Below are positions 20,759 through 30,055 of a stretch of DNA of 64,000 nt, one piece after another. The DNA is taken from NCBI GenBank assembly GCA_963821435.1, contig CAWGDR010000004.1:878199-942198 (forward strand), given 5' to 3'. The notes below the pieces were generated by a model. That model was given only the letters and a program-made list of their open reading frames with translations, had not been told where the DNA came from and made no database searches. Numbering within the stretch: position 1 is the stretch's first letter; every line of letters begins with the position of its first letter. Source of the stretch: an uncultured Acidobacteriota bacterium. GTDB lineage: Bacteria > Acidobacteriota > Thermoanaerobaculia > UBA5066. Position numbers and translations under genes: made by a program.

Positions 20759-22727
20759 ATGGCCGGCAAGTACGCCCTCCTGATCGGCACGAGTTCCTGC
20801 TTTGCCGATGCGCGCTTTCCCGCGCTCGAGAAGCCGTCGAAGGACGTCGCCGACCTCGAGGCCGTCCTCAAGGACACGTCGATCGGAGGTTTCGACGAAG
20901 TCCGCGCTCTTCTCGATCCAACGTGCAAGAAGGCGCGCCGCGAGGTCCCGCCACTTCGCCGGCCGGAAGCCGGATGACCTCGTCCTCCTCTTCTTCGCCG
21001 GACACGGCGTGAAGGACGACTACGGAAAGCTTTACCGAATCTCGGCCGACACCGACCGTGACCTCCTGACGGGACGGCCCTCGGCGCCGACTTCGCAACA
21101 CCCAGGAGATGGACCAGAGCCGCAGCCGGAGGCAGGCTCTCTGCTCCTCGATTGCTGCCACAGCGGGGCGCTCGCCGAAGGGGTCCGGGCTGCGGACGCA
21201 TCCGCCGGAGCTCTCGAGGCCTTTACGGGCCGCGGGACAGGCAAGGTAATTATCACGGCCTCCGACTCGTACGAGTTCGCATGGGAGAGGGGCGAGACCC
21301 CGGCCGGATTCGAGAACTCGCTCTTTACGCACTTCCTCGTAGACGGCCTTAGGACCGGGAAGGCCGACGTGAACGGGGACGGCATCGTGACTCTTGACGA
21401 GCTCTACAAGTACGTCCACCAAAAGGTCGTTGAGAAGACTTCGAGCAAGACCCCTCAATGGAAACTCGCGGGCGCCGCGGGTGACATCGAGATCGCGCGA
21501 AACCCGGCGCCCAGCACCCCGCTCCCCAGGGAGCTGGCTGACATGCTGAACAACCGTTCCCACAATATAGGGAACTACTTATTGCCGATCTCAAGAGAGT
21601 TGTTGAAGGGGATCATCTGGGCTTGCGGCGAACGGCCATCGAGACCCTTGAACAGTTATCCCACGACAAAGATCGTCGCGTCAGGGAGCTTGGAATCGAG
21701 GCGCTAAAGGAGCATTCAGACGTGTCGGCTGCGGCCGCGATGCCTCCCTTGTCGTCGCCCGGCATTGATCTCCCGAAGACTCCTCCTGCGAAGATCGTCT
21801 CGGAATCAACTGCCCTCATCCCGTCTGGGCCTGCGGTGAGTGGAGATACCGAAGTGCTGGCGGGGCGGTGGCGAGTCGATCGGGAACTGGGTCGAGGCGG
21901 ATTCGGTGTTGTCTTCTTGGCATTTTCGATCTTCACCTGGAGCAGACCCAGGCGGTCAAAGTGCTCGACCCCGCGATGGTGGGCCGGCCGGAGCTTTTGA
22001 AGCGATTTGGCCGGGCAGTGGCGCTGATGCGAAAGCTCGTGCATCCGCGAATAGTCCGGGTATTCGATTACGTGGAAGAAGCGGACAAGAAGCTGGCGCT
22101 GTTCAGCATGGAGTACGTTGAGGGAAGCAGCGTGCGGCTTCTCTTGGAGGCGTCGAGGGTTCGGAAGGAAGTGTGCCACTTGACCTGAAGTCTGAAGATC
22201 CTGATGCAGGTACTTGAGGCGCTTCAGGAGGCGCACGGAAACGGCGTCTTACACCGGGACGTGACACCCGCGAACATTCTGCTCGGCAGGCAGAACAGCA
22301 AAAGATCTTCTTGCGAATCCGTCCGGACTTGGCTCTCGATGTAAAGCTCGTCGACTTTGGTATCGCTGGGGCCATTGAGCGGAGCGAGCTATCCCAGAGG
22401 AGCCGGGTCCTGGGCACAGCAGCTTACGTAGCGCCCGAGGTGCTATTGGAGGGACGATCGATCGGCGCAGGAGTGGACGTGTACGGGGTCGGGGCGGTGG
22501 CTTACGAACTGCTGCTCGGGCGGCCGCCGGTGGGAAGGTTCGAGGGATTACGCGAAGTCCGAGCAGAGATAGACCCACGACTTGACGAGCTGGTTCTGGC
22601 AATGCTCGCTACGGACCCCGACAAGAGACCTTCGGCCGCAGAAGCCCGGGGAAAGATTGAGGCCGCTCGCGAGGAAACGAAAAAAGAAAGTCGTAGAGCC
22701 GTGGGAAGGTCAGAGCCCCCCCCATAA
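20759..22727 (+). pseudogene. Caspase-like (peptidase C14) - HEAT repeat - Ser/Thr protein kinase fusion, disrupted by at least 5 frameshifts and one in-frame TGA
   Basis: Caspase p20: YALLIGTSSCFADARFPAL..., FAGHG (His), LLDCCHSGAL (Cys). HEAT repeats: RTAIETLEQLSHDKDRRVRELGIEALKE. Kinase: GRGGFGVVFLA, AVKVL, HRDVTPANILL, VDFGIA, YVAPE. The pieces are spread over three frames. Confidence 0.7.
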
Positions 22728-22974
22728 AGGAACAGGGCGATGCAGAGTCGGCGACTTCCTCGCCGCCGCAAAATCCACCGGAGCCGGAGCATGAACCCAC
22801 GAGACCCGGCTCGATGGAGCCGAGGCCGAGCTGTTCGGAGCCGCCCAAGTCACGAAGGCCGTGCGCGGGCTGGCGCGGGCCTTGGCGGCTTGATGAGTCT
22901 AGCAGTGCTAAATGTGGCTGACTCGAGACTCTGGGAAGGAAGTGTCGGAACAACAACCCACTCCTGCCGCTATG

Positions 22975-23095
22975 CCGACCTCGCGCGGCGACACGAGACC
23001 AGACGTGACCAATACCACCGTGCCGACCTCGCGCGGCGACACGAGACCACAAGCGACCAATACCACCGTGCCGACCTCGCGCGCCGATACCAAGA
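22975..23095 (+). repeat. 48-bp tandem repeat, about 2.5 copies
   Basis: ccgacctcgcgcggcgacacgagacca[ga/ca]cg[t/a]gaccaataccaccgtg twice, then ccgacctcgcgcgccgataccaag. Encodes PTSRGDTRP(D/Q)(V/A)TNTTV. Confidence 0.8.
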
Positions 23096-23678
23096 TTGCC
23101 TCAGCGCCTGCGAAGATGAAGGCAACGGCGCCTCCTTCGCCGCCGACAAAGACTGCCGCGTCCAACACGATGAGTGAACTTCAGAATGCCTGCGATGGCG
23201 GAGAGGCCAACGCGTGCACAAACCTCGGCATTAGGTACGAGAATGGAAAAGGAGTCGATCCGGATTTCCCTCGGCGGTGGAGCTCTACAAGAAGGGCTGC
23301 ATCGGCGACAACGCTGATTCCTGCACTTATCTAGCGACGATGTACCAGGAAGGAAGAGGAGGCAAAAAGAATTTGTCCTCAGCATTGGCGTATTATCGAA
23401 GGGGCTGCGACGGTGGAAGCTTTCTTGGCTGCAGCGGGCTCGGCAAGACTCTACGAATCTGGTGGAGGGGGAATCGAGCGGGATTTCCCTCTCGCGGTGG
23501 AGTACGACAAGAAAGGCTGCATCGGCGACTTCGCTAGTGCCTGTTCCTTTCTAGGAGCGATGTACGAGTACGGAAGAGGAGTCGAAAAGAATCGCCCTCT
23601 GGCAGTGGTGTATTACCGAAGGGGTTGTGACGGTGGAGACGCTTATGGCTGCACCCAACTGAGGCGGCTTGGTCACGG

Positions 23679-23707
23679 TGTAGGGGCGCAATGGGGATTA
23701 CGACGCC
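23679..23707 (-). repeat. REP-like hairpin element
   Basis: gtaggggcgcaatggggattacgacgccc. Confidence 0.6.
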
Positions 23708-23728
23708 CTTTGGCGCGTGCGGACGAGT

Positions 23729-23750
23729 GTAGGGGTGCAATGTCGCCGCC
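23729..23750 (-). repeat. REP-like element, partial
   Basis: gtaggggtgcaatgtcgccgcc. Confidence 0.4.
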
Positions 23751-23817
23751 TGTAAAGGCAGCGTTCCAGCCAATGGGAGTCCGGCGGGTCTGATCCCGGA
23801 TTCTTCGTCAGGGATAG

Positions 23818-23848
23818 TTTAGGGGCGCAATGGAAATTGCGGCCCGCG
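23818..23848 (-). repeat. REP-like hairpin element
   Basis: tttaggggcgcaatggaaattgcggcccgcg. Immediately precedes composite copy A. Confidence 0.6.
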
Positions 23849-23859
23849 TCGAATTCGAA

Positions 23860-24359
23860 AGTGGGGTGGCAGTTTCGCGGAGGTCGTAGAACTCCCTGGT
23901 GTAACCGAGTCATTCAGAGGCAGTTCCGGGCTGAGAACGAGTTGAATATTCTCTGTTCCTCTCGAGAACTTGGTTCGCCCAGCCGACGGAATGGGAGCCA
24001 CTCTTCTCCCCCGCGAACTTCAGTGTAGGTCCGCGGTTAACAGATGCCCCGCGATCCACGTCGCGGGGTTTCGCGTCTGAAGAGCGTGTAGTCAGGAGCG
24101 TTTCCGGGCGCCGCATCTGGCGCGGGCCGTTCTCTGCCGTCTTGAAACTGAGAACGGTCGCCAACGTTGAGTGGCCGAATATCGGGCGTGACGGCGCTCT
24201 CTGACGGCCTGAAATGTCAACAGCGCCTGAGAGCGGTTAACAGGTCTGGCTGGCGAAAGAGGGCGTGGTTAACAGCAACCCGGGTTTGCGCCAAGGTGAG
24301 GGCGTCACTCTGGCCTCTACGCGCCACAGCCCCCGGCAATTCCCATTGCGCCCCTACAG
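23860..24359 (+). repeat. Composite att-like repeat, copy A (P-arm module 0 + hairpin + diverged core + modules 1 and 2 + terminal REP 24329-24359)
   Basis: gtggggtggcagtttcgcgg...cattcagaggcagttccgggctgagaacgagttgaatattctc...ggttcgcccagccgacggaatgggagccactcttctcccccgcgaac...gtccgcggttaacagatgccccgcgatccacgtcgcggggtttcgcgtc... Collinear with copy 0 from the core onward. Confidence 0.8.
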
Positions 24360-24644
24360 CTTCCGATCTCCTTGCCTTCAGCGAAGACATCTCACCTCTC
24401 GGATAGTCCTCACGCCCTTCGGATAGGGTGTAAGAGACGCCGCCCCCGCGCTCCTCTCGCTCTGAAGTATGGGAGGAAGCCTTCTCCCCTGAACGACTTC
24501 CTCTCCCCTGGTCGGAGCTGCAGAGGGCTTCGGATGTGAGTGGCCCACGGGTTGCGGATTCGGCAGGAGGAGGAATTTGGGAAATCGCGCCATTCAACGT
24601 TGTTCCACCAGGGCGCAAGGTGCGGATCTAAGAAAGGAGAGGTT

Positions 24645-25871
24645 ATGAACACGACGAGAAGAACGACTACCGACTTGCTCGGAGGCTTAATGCTCTGGTT
24701 CGTCTTTGCCCTGCTTTTCCTTCCCGTGCTTGCAGGAAGGGCGGACGCTAGCGACCGCATCTACTGGACCGATGCGGTAGCCGGCACGATCCAGCGAGCG
24801 AATCTCGACGGCTCGGGTGTCGAAACTCTGGTAACGGGTCTATCCGAACCCCAAGGAATTGCCATCGATGTGGCAGGTGGCAGGATCTACTGGGTTGAGA
24901 TCGGAAGTTCCCTGAAGATCCGCCGGGCCAATCTGGACGGGTCTGGAATGGAGGATCTCGTGGGGTCCGTCGGTCCAGTCGGAATCGCGCTGGATCTGGC
25001 CGGCGGCAAGATGTATTGGACCGATGTGTTCGTGAACGGAGGAATTCAGCGAGCGAACCTGGACGGCTCGGGTGTAGAAGACCTCGTGCCTATCGTGGCC
25101 GATCGCGAGGGAATTGCTTTGGACTTGGCTGGCCGCAAGATGTACTGGACGGACCGGAGTTCGGGAGCGAGCACGATTCAGCGGGCCAACCTAGACGGTT
25201 ACGAGGGCGAAATCCTGATAGCGATAGGGCTCATCGATCCTCGGGGTATCGCTCTCGACGTGGGCGGCGACAAGATGTACTGGACGGACACTCAAGCCGG
25301 CAAGATCCAGCGCGCCAGTCTGAGCGGCTTCGCTGTGGAAGATCTCTTGGTCTCCGGATTGGTGAATCCAGCCGGAATTGCTTTGGACCTTGCTGACGAA
25401 AGAATGTATTGGACCGATTTCGGTACGCAGAAGATCCAGCGAGCCAAACTGGACGGCTCGGGCGTGGAAGACGTCGTGACGGGGCTTTCGATCCCGGTTG
25501 GCATTGTAATCGGACCGGGTCCCAGCGTCGTAACCGTTGACGTCGATATCAAACCCGGCGGCTTTCCGAACAGCATTAATCCGAGGAACCGGGGGGAGAT
25601 TCCGGTAGCCATCCTTTCGACAGCCAGCTTTGATGCGACCGCCGTCGCCGCGGCCAAGGTCCGCTTTGGTGCGACGGGTAATGAAGCGGCCCCCCTTCGG
25701 TCTGCCCTGGAGGATGTCGATGGCGATGGGACCGTCGATCTCACCCTGCACTTCAGCACTCAGGCCACTGGAATTCAGTGCGGTCATACCGCTGCCTTCC
25801 TTACGGGAGAGACCGTCAGCGGAAAGCTGATCCAGGGGTCCGACTCCATCACGACGGTGGGCTGCAAGTAG
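24645..25871 (+). CDS. Secreted six-bladed YWTD (LDL-receptor class B) beta-propeller protein
   Basis: AAGGAGAGG RBS and signal peptide. Six repeats of (R/K)IYWTD...IQRANLDGSG.E.LV. C-terminal beta-rich domain ending in C. Confidence 0.8.
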   Translation: MNTTRRTTTDLLGGLMLWFVFALLFLPVLAGRADASDRIYWTDAVAGTIQRANLDGSGVETLVTGLSEPQGIAIDVAGGRIYWVEIGSSLKIRRANLDGSGMEDLVGSVGPVGIALDLAGGKMYWTDVFVNGGIQRANLDGSGVEDLVPIVADREGIALDLAGRKMYWTDRSSGASTIQRANLDGYEGEILIAIGLIDPRGIALDVGGDKMYWTDTQAGKIQRASLSGFAVEDLLVSGLVNPAGIALDLADERMYWTDFGTQKIQRAKLDGSGVEDVVTGLSIPVGIVIGPGPSVVTVDVDIKPGGFPNSINPRNRGEIPVAILSTASFDATAVAAAKVRFGATGNEAAPLRSALEDVDGDGTVDLTLHFSTQATGIQCGHTAAFLTGETVSGKLIQGSDSITTVGCK

Positions 25872-26016
25872 CGGGCGTGCCTGTTCGTCGGAGCAAGGTG
25901 ACGAGGGGCTGAAAGGGGGCGCTCTCGCTGCGCGCCCCTCAGCCCTGATGATTCCTGTCGCAACGTGACGGAGCCTAGGAAACCGGAAGAAAGGACTACG
26001 CGTACTAGGCGAAGGC

Positions 26017-26039
26017 GAACCCGGCAATTTCCGTTGAAG
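26017..26039 (+). repeat. Degenerate REP-like element
   Basis: gaacccggcaatttccgttgaag. Confidence 0.3.
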
Positions 26040-26084
26040 TTTCTCAAAGACTCTGCGCACCGCGGGATAACCCATACATGAGAA

Positions 26085-26365
26085 AGCAGTTTGGGCCTGA
26101 GAACGGGTTGAATGATCTCTGTTCGGTCTGAGAACGAAGTTCGCGCAGCGGACCGACTGCGGAGCCATCTCCTTTACCTGCGAATCGCCACCCGTTTTGC
26201 AGCCCAGCCGACCGCGCGAAAACCTCGCGGGGGTTCGCGTCTAAACCCCAAACTGTCAAAACGATTCTCCCGATGATCTCCACGGGATACCGCAATTCCC
26301 ATTGCACCCCTAGAAGGGCGTGACTCTGGTCTCGACGCGCCACAACCCCCGCAATTTCCATTGCG
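26085..26365 (+). repeat. Composite att-like repeat, copy D (hairpin + core 26147-26157 + diverged module 1 + two REPs at 26281-26306 and 26321-26365)
   Basis: ggcctgagaacgggttgaatgatctc...gaagttcgcgcagcggaccgactgcggagcca. Then ...cgcgaaaacctcgcgggggttcgcgtctaaa..., ccgcaattcccattgcacccctag and ctggtctcgacgcgccacaacccccgcaatttccattgcgg. Confidence 0.75.
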
Positions 26366-26382
26366 GTCCTGAACCTGAGGGC

Positions 26383-27012
26383 CTAGAAGAGGATTCCGAT
26401 GCTCACTGGGATGAACTTGAACTTGGCGGGGGGGGGCGACGAGTACGGAGAGCGCGTCGCCCGCGTGGCCGGAACGCCCGGCGGCGCGCCCTCGACCGTG
26501 ATGCGCTCGAGGGAGATCTCGTGGTAACGGCCCTCGACAAAGATCGAGAGCTTGCCGGCGACAAACGCGACGCCGACGCCCGCGTTCCACCCGAACTCGG
26601 TCTGCGAGGACGACAGCGAGAAGCCCGCCCCTTCGGCCGAGAACTTGACGTTGTAGATGCCCACGCCGCCGAGAGCGTAGAGCTTGACGATGGCGATCCG
26701 GAGGCCGACGACGAGGTTCGCGTTCCCGTCCACAATCTGTGCTGAGCCGCTGGAGTTCTGGGGGTCGGGCTTCAACGAGAAATGCTGGTAATCGCCGTCG
26801 ACGCGGAGTCCGAGCGGCAGCGTGGGAAGCTCGTAATTCAGGACGAGACCCCCGTGATAGCCGGTGTCGAAGGCATTGGAGGCGTTGCTGGTTGGGATGG
26901 AAACGCCTCCCGTGAAACCGAACTGGAACCCGCCCGTGCCCTGTGCAGCGGCTGGTGCGGCAAACGGGACGGCGGCGGCGAACAGGAGCCGCGCGAGCAG
27001 GAGCTTCTTCAT
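26383..27012 (-). CDS. Outer-membrane beta-barrel protein (OmpA-like beta-barrel/OmpW-like family)
   Basis: Start at MKKLLLARLLFAAAVPFAAPAAAQG (GAAGGAGAT RBS), not the ORF maximum. Alternating amphipathic beta-strands. C-terminal aromatic residue (...GILF). Confidence 0.75.
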   Translation of the reverse strand: MKKLLLARLLFAAAVPFAAPAAAQGTGGFQFGFTGGVSIPTSNASNAFDTGYHGGLVLNYELPTLPLGLRVDGDYQHFSLKPDPQNSSGSAQIVDGNANLVVGLRIAIVKLYALGGVGIYNVKFSAEGAGFSLSSSQTEFGWNAGVGVAFVAGKLSIFVEGRYHEISLERITVEGAPPGVPATRATRSPYSSPPPAKFKFIPVSIGILF

Positions 27013-27152
27013 TGGATCTCCTTCGAGGGTGCCCTCCAGCACGCGAAACCCGCTGCCCTCATGGTACGCCCGAAGCGGCCCACGCACGAGAAGTGGGAGC
27101 GGAGTCGCCGGTCTCTACGCGCCACTTCCCACCGCCAAGATGCGCTGCGACC

Positions 27153-27177
27153 CATAGGGGTGTCATGGGAATTACGG
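27153..27177 (-). repeat. REP-like element (degenerate)
   Basis: cataggggtgtcatgggaattacgg. Confidence 0.45.
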
Positions 27178-27194
27178 TTCGCATCGAAACTAGG

Positions 27195-27742
27195 AGAAGT
27201 GAGGTGGCAGTATCACGCAGGCTCAGCGCACCGCGGAGCAAGGTATTCAGTCAGAAGCGGTCCCGGGCTGAGAACGGGTTGAATGTTCTCTGCTCGGCCT
27301 GAGAACGCGGTTCGCCCAGCCGACCGACTGCGGAGCCACAATTCTCCCCGCGAACTTGAGATGGTTTCGCGGTTAACAGGTACCCCGCGATTCACGTCGC
27401 GGGGTTTTGCGTCTAAAGGGCGTGTGGTCAGAAGGGTTTGCGAGTGGCGCGCCCATCGGGCCGCAGAACGTCGCTTGAAACAGAGAACGGCGCGGCGCAC
27501 TCGAGGAGTCGTTCTCGGGCACGCCGACGCTCTTTGCCGGTCTGAAATGTCGAGAGCGGCTGAGAGCGGTTAACAGGTGGGACGAGGCGCCATCGCGCTG
27601 GTTAACAGCTCGCGGCGCGTTGCGATCTGACTCAGGTCTCTACGCGTCATAGCCCCCGGCAATTCCGATTGCGCCCCTACACCCCCCGGCAATTCCCATT
27701 GCGCCCCTACAGCCCCCGGCAATTCCGATTGCGCCCCTACAG
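27195..27742 (+). repeat. Composite att-like repeat, copy B, the most complete (module 0, hairpin, core 27328-27338, modules 1 and 2, then three tandem REPs at 27651-27682, 27683-27712 and 27713-27742)
   Basis: ...gggctgagaacgggttgaatgttctctgctcggcctgagaacgcggttcgcccagccgaccgactgcggagccacaattctccccgcgaacttgag...cgcggttaacaggtaccccgcgattcacgtcgcggggttttgcgtctaaaggg...gagagcggttaacaggtggg...ctggttaacagctcg...(cccccggcaattcc[g/c]attgcgcccctaca[c/g])x3. Confidence 0.85.
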
Positions 27743-27836
27743 ATACACACGATGTAAGCCTGCGCCAATGTTCATCGAAGTTCTATGCCCAAGGCCGAGC
27801 GGAACTCTTATGCGAAGATGATTCAGAAGTCACGGA

Positions 27837-28727
27837 TCAGTCAACAACGGTTTCGCGGAACAGTACAACTCTCTTCTCAGTTCCCTTAGCTTTAAACATT
27901 GCTGTATCGGCATTTTTGAAAAGGGTGTCAGCCGTTTCTCCATCTGCGGGATAGATGGCAATACCGATACTAGCTCTTATGGAAAGAACAATCCCATCAA
28001 ACTCGCAGGTCTCGGCAATCCGATTAACCATCTTCTCTGCAAGGCGGGTCACATCGGCTTCTTGCTTGACTTCCAATAAAAGGCACACAAACTCGTCGCC
28101 TCCCCAGCGACTGACCGTGTCTTGGTCGCGGAGAAAAGACTGTAAACGGTTTGCCATCATGAGCAGCACCTTGTCTCCCAAACCATGACCATAAGCGTCG
28201 TTAACGCTCTTGAAGTTGTCGATGTCAATAAACAGGATGGCGAGCCCCCAACCATGCCGCTTTGCCTGTCTCAACCCCCGGTCGAGATCCTGTTCAAATG
28301 ACACACGATTCGGAAGGCCTGTGAGTGCATCCCGAAGTGAAGATCTTCGTGTTTCTTTCTCTTTAGCCTGGGACTTCGATAAATCGTCGCGCACTTCGGC
28401 CAGATCGGTCTTCGTGTCGGCGAGTTCGGCTTCGATGACTACTCGTTCAGACACCTCTTTGGCAAGTTCGATGTTAGCCTGATGCAAATCATCTGCGGCT
28501 CCCGCCACTTTGTGCTCGACATCTTCATTCTGAATGATAGCCGCTTCGATGGTCCGAACAGGGATATTGTCTTCTACCCCTTGCTGTAGAACTTCATTTA
28601 TCGAGGTGAGTTCGGTTGCAGCGTGCTTGACGCGTTTTGTGATGTTCTTGTTCTTGTTAAGCACACGTGCGAGCGAAACTCTCTTGGCGTGCACGAGTTT
28701 TTTGGAATCTTTCGATTTTGATTTCAT
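27837..28727 (-). CDS. GGDEF-domain diguanylate cyclase with N-terminal coiled coil
   Basis: RDALTGLPNR...IDIDNFKSVND..GH..GD..L...RWGGDEF (intact GGDEF A-site). AT-rich (~45% GC), sharply below the window average. Confidence 0.9.
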   Translation of the reverse strand: MKSKSKDSKKLVHAKRVSLARVLNKNKNITKRVKHAATELTSINEVLQQGVEDNIPVRTIEAAIIQNEDVEHKVAGAADDLHQANIELAKEVSERVVIEAELADTKTDLAEVRDDLSKSQAKEKETRRSSLRDALTGLPNRVSFEQDLDRGLRQAKRHGWGLAILFIDIDNFKSVNDAYGHGLGDKVLLMMANRLQSFLRDQDTVSRWGGDEFVCLLLEVKQEADVTRLAEKMVNRIAETCEFDGIVLSIRASIGIAIYPADGETADTLFKNADTAMFKAKGTEKRVVLFRETVVD

Positions 28728-29147
28728 AAGTATTCTCTATTGCATAGAGCGGGCTAACTGGTAGTAGACGGACGTTGACCGTGGTGAATAGGCCGAAGAT
28801 TCGTCGGTGTAGTGAGGAGCCGGGAAACCCGTTCACCCGGTCGGAAGTCCCTGCTCGGCCACGTCTTCTGATTGGCGACCGGATGCGGGGGCCGGAGCGT
28901 TAAGCCGACGAAGCGTCGGCCTAGTGCCGTCGGTGTTAGGCCGACGATCGGGGGGTCAGAGCGCATCGTGGGGGCTCCGGACACCGCGTCCTCCTGCCTG
29001 GTTCAGGATGTGAGTGTAGATCATGGTGACCGCCTCCTTTCGATCCGGCGGCGGAGGAGTCGAATTGGCCCGAAATGGGGCGTCCGTGGACCGCCCGAAG
29101 GCCGGCAGGAGGGAACCTCTTCCACTCGGCGTGGCTTTCGCGCTCTC

Positions 29148-29530
29148 TTTAGGGGCGCAATGGGAATTGCCGGGGGCTATCTCGCCAGGAACCCAGGACC
29201 CGAGTTTCCTCTGTTCCGGCCGGCCAGACTGGTCTTCCACCCAGCGCCGGCCCGGGGAGCGAGGAGGCTCGGGGTCGACTGAGGCACGTATGCGTCTGTT
29301 CCGGCACGCTATGGGGTTCTGGCGAGGCACAGGGGTTTCCGCGTGGAGCGTCGAGGTCCGCTGATTCTCTGCCTCTGAAACTGAGAACGGCAAGCCTCGC
29401 TCGGAGCGCCAGATTCGTGCCTGACCGCGCTCTCTGACGGCCCGAAATGTCGAGAGCGGCTGAAAGCGGTTGGCAGGCCCAGCGGGGCGAGGCTCCGCTG
29501 GTTAACAGACTCTTCAATGCCGGGATGAGG
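29148..29530 (+). repeat. Degenerate composite repeat, copy I (reverse REP 29148-29176 + 33-bp tail + decayed module 1 + module 2)
   Basis: tttaggggcgcaatgggaattgccggggg then ctatctcgccaggaacccaggacccgagtttcc. Then ...ggggtttccgcgtggagcg...ctgaaactgagaacgg...ctctctgacggcccgaaatgtcgagagcggctgaaagcggttggcagg...ctggttaacagac. Confidence 0.6.
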
Positions 29531-29543
29531 CGCATCCCGCCCC

Positions 29544-29903
29544 TCAGGACCGCGGAGACTCCCGGTAGCGCGTCAGCACCCAGACGACGAGGATGGCCAG
29601 GCCCGCGCCGATGAAGAACGTTCGCGCAGGCGAGCCGAGGCTTGCGCCTAGCAAACGCGGCATGGCGAGCACGAGGACGACTCCGACGACGAGCTCGACC
29701 ATCCCATGGATTGGAAACGGAATCACTTTCAGGAGGCCAAGCGGAAAGCGTGTGAGAAGTGTCATGAGGAGATGGACGACCGCGAGCCCCCAAGCAACGG
29801 CCGCGACGTAGCCACCGAGCCCGAAGAAGAATGGCGCGAGAAGGAAGACGGCTACGGTGGCGAGATCGAGAAAGCCATGGAGACGGTCGTTCAAGAGATT
29901 CAT
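29544..29903 (-). CDS. Small integral membrane protein (4 TM), unknown function
   Basis: Four hydrophobic helices in 119 aa. No recognisable family. Confidence 0.5.
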   Translation of the reverse strand: MNLLNDRLHGFLDLATVAVFLLAPFFFGLGGYVAAVAWGLAVVHLLMTLLTRFPLGLLKVIPFPIHGMVELVVGVVLVLAMPRLLGASLGSPARTFFIGAGLAILVVWVLTRYRESPRS

Positions 29904-30055
29904 GAGTTCATTATCGCGTGCGTACCGAAGCGGCGGCCCCGGATGACCGGACGGCGGGGCTCCGCTGAGAAACGCCCCGCCGCCCTTGGATGCCTCACAT
30001 CTTGCGGGGCGTCCTCTTCCGCTCTAAGAAAGGAACCGTTCCCTGGTAGCCTCCG

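Larger units (their letters stand above)
22912..23793 (+). pseudogene. Sel1-like repeat (TPR-like) protein, frame-disrupted
   Basis: Repeated A.YY..GC.GG...GC..LG..Y..G.GV.K units across three overlapping frames (22912..23334, 23277..23537, 23413..23793). Confidence 0.55.

Noticed and set aside
22186-22188. Programmed recoding / selenocysteine at the in-frame TGA inside the kinase domain
   Set aside because: The TGA is flanked within 40 nt by compensating frameshifts. It sits in a gene with several other disruptions. No SECIS-like hairpin follows. Mutation or assembly error is far more likely.
27261-27338. tRNA pseudogenes inside each composite repeat (the 74-nt stretch gggctgagaac...ctgcggagcca)
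   Set aside because: Only the last ~11-14 nt match the tRNA. The 5' end (gggctga) cannot pair with the 3' acceptor strand (ctgcgga). No D or anticodon arms can be drawn. So it is an att-type core duplication, not a tRNA copy.
27651-27742. Possible CRISPR array (three identical-length direct repeats)
   Set aside because: The 30-32-bp units abut directly with no spacers. They belong to the REP-like family scattered through the array. No cas genes are present.
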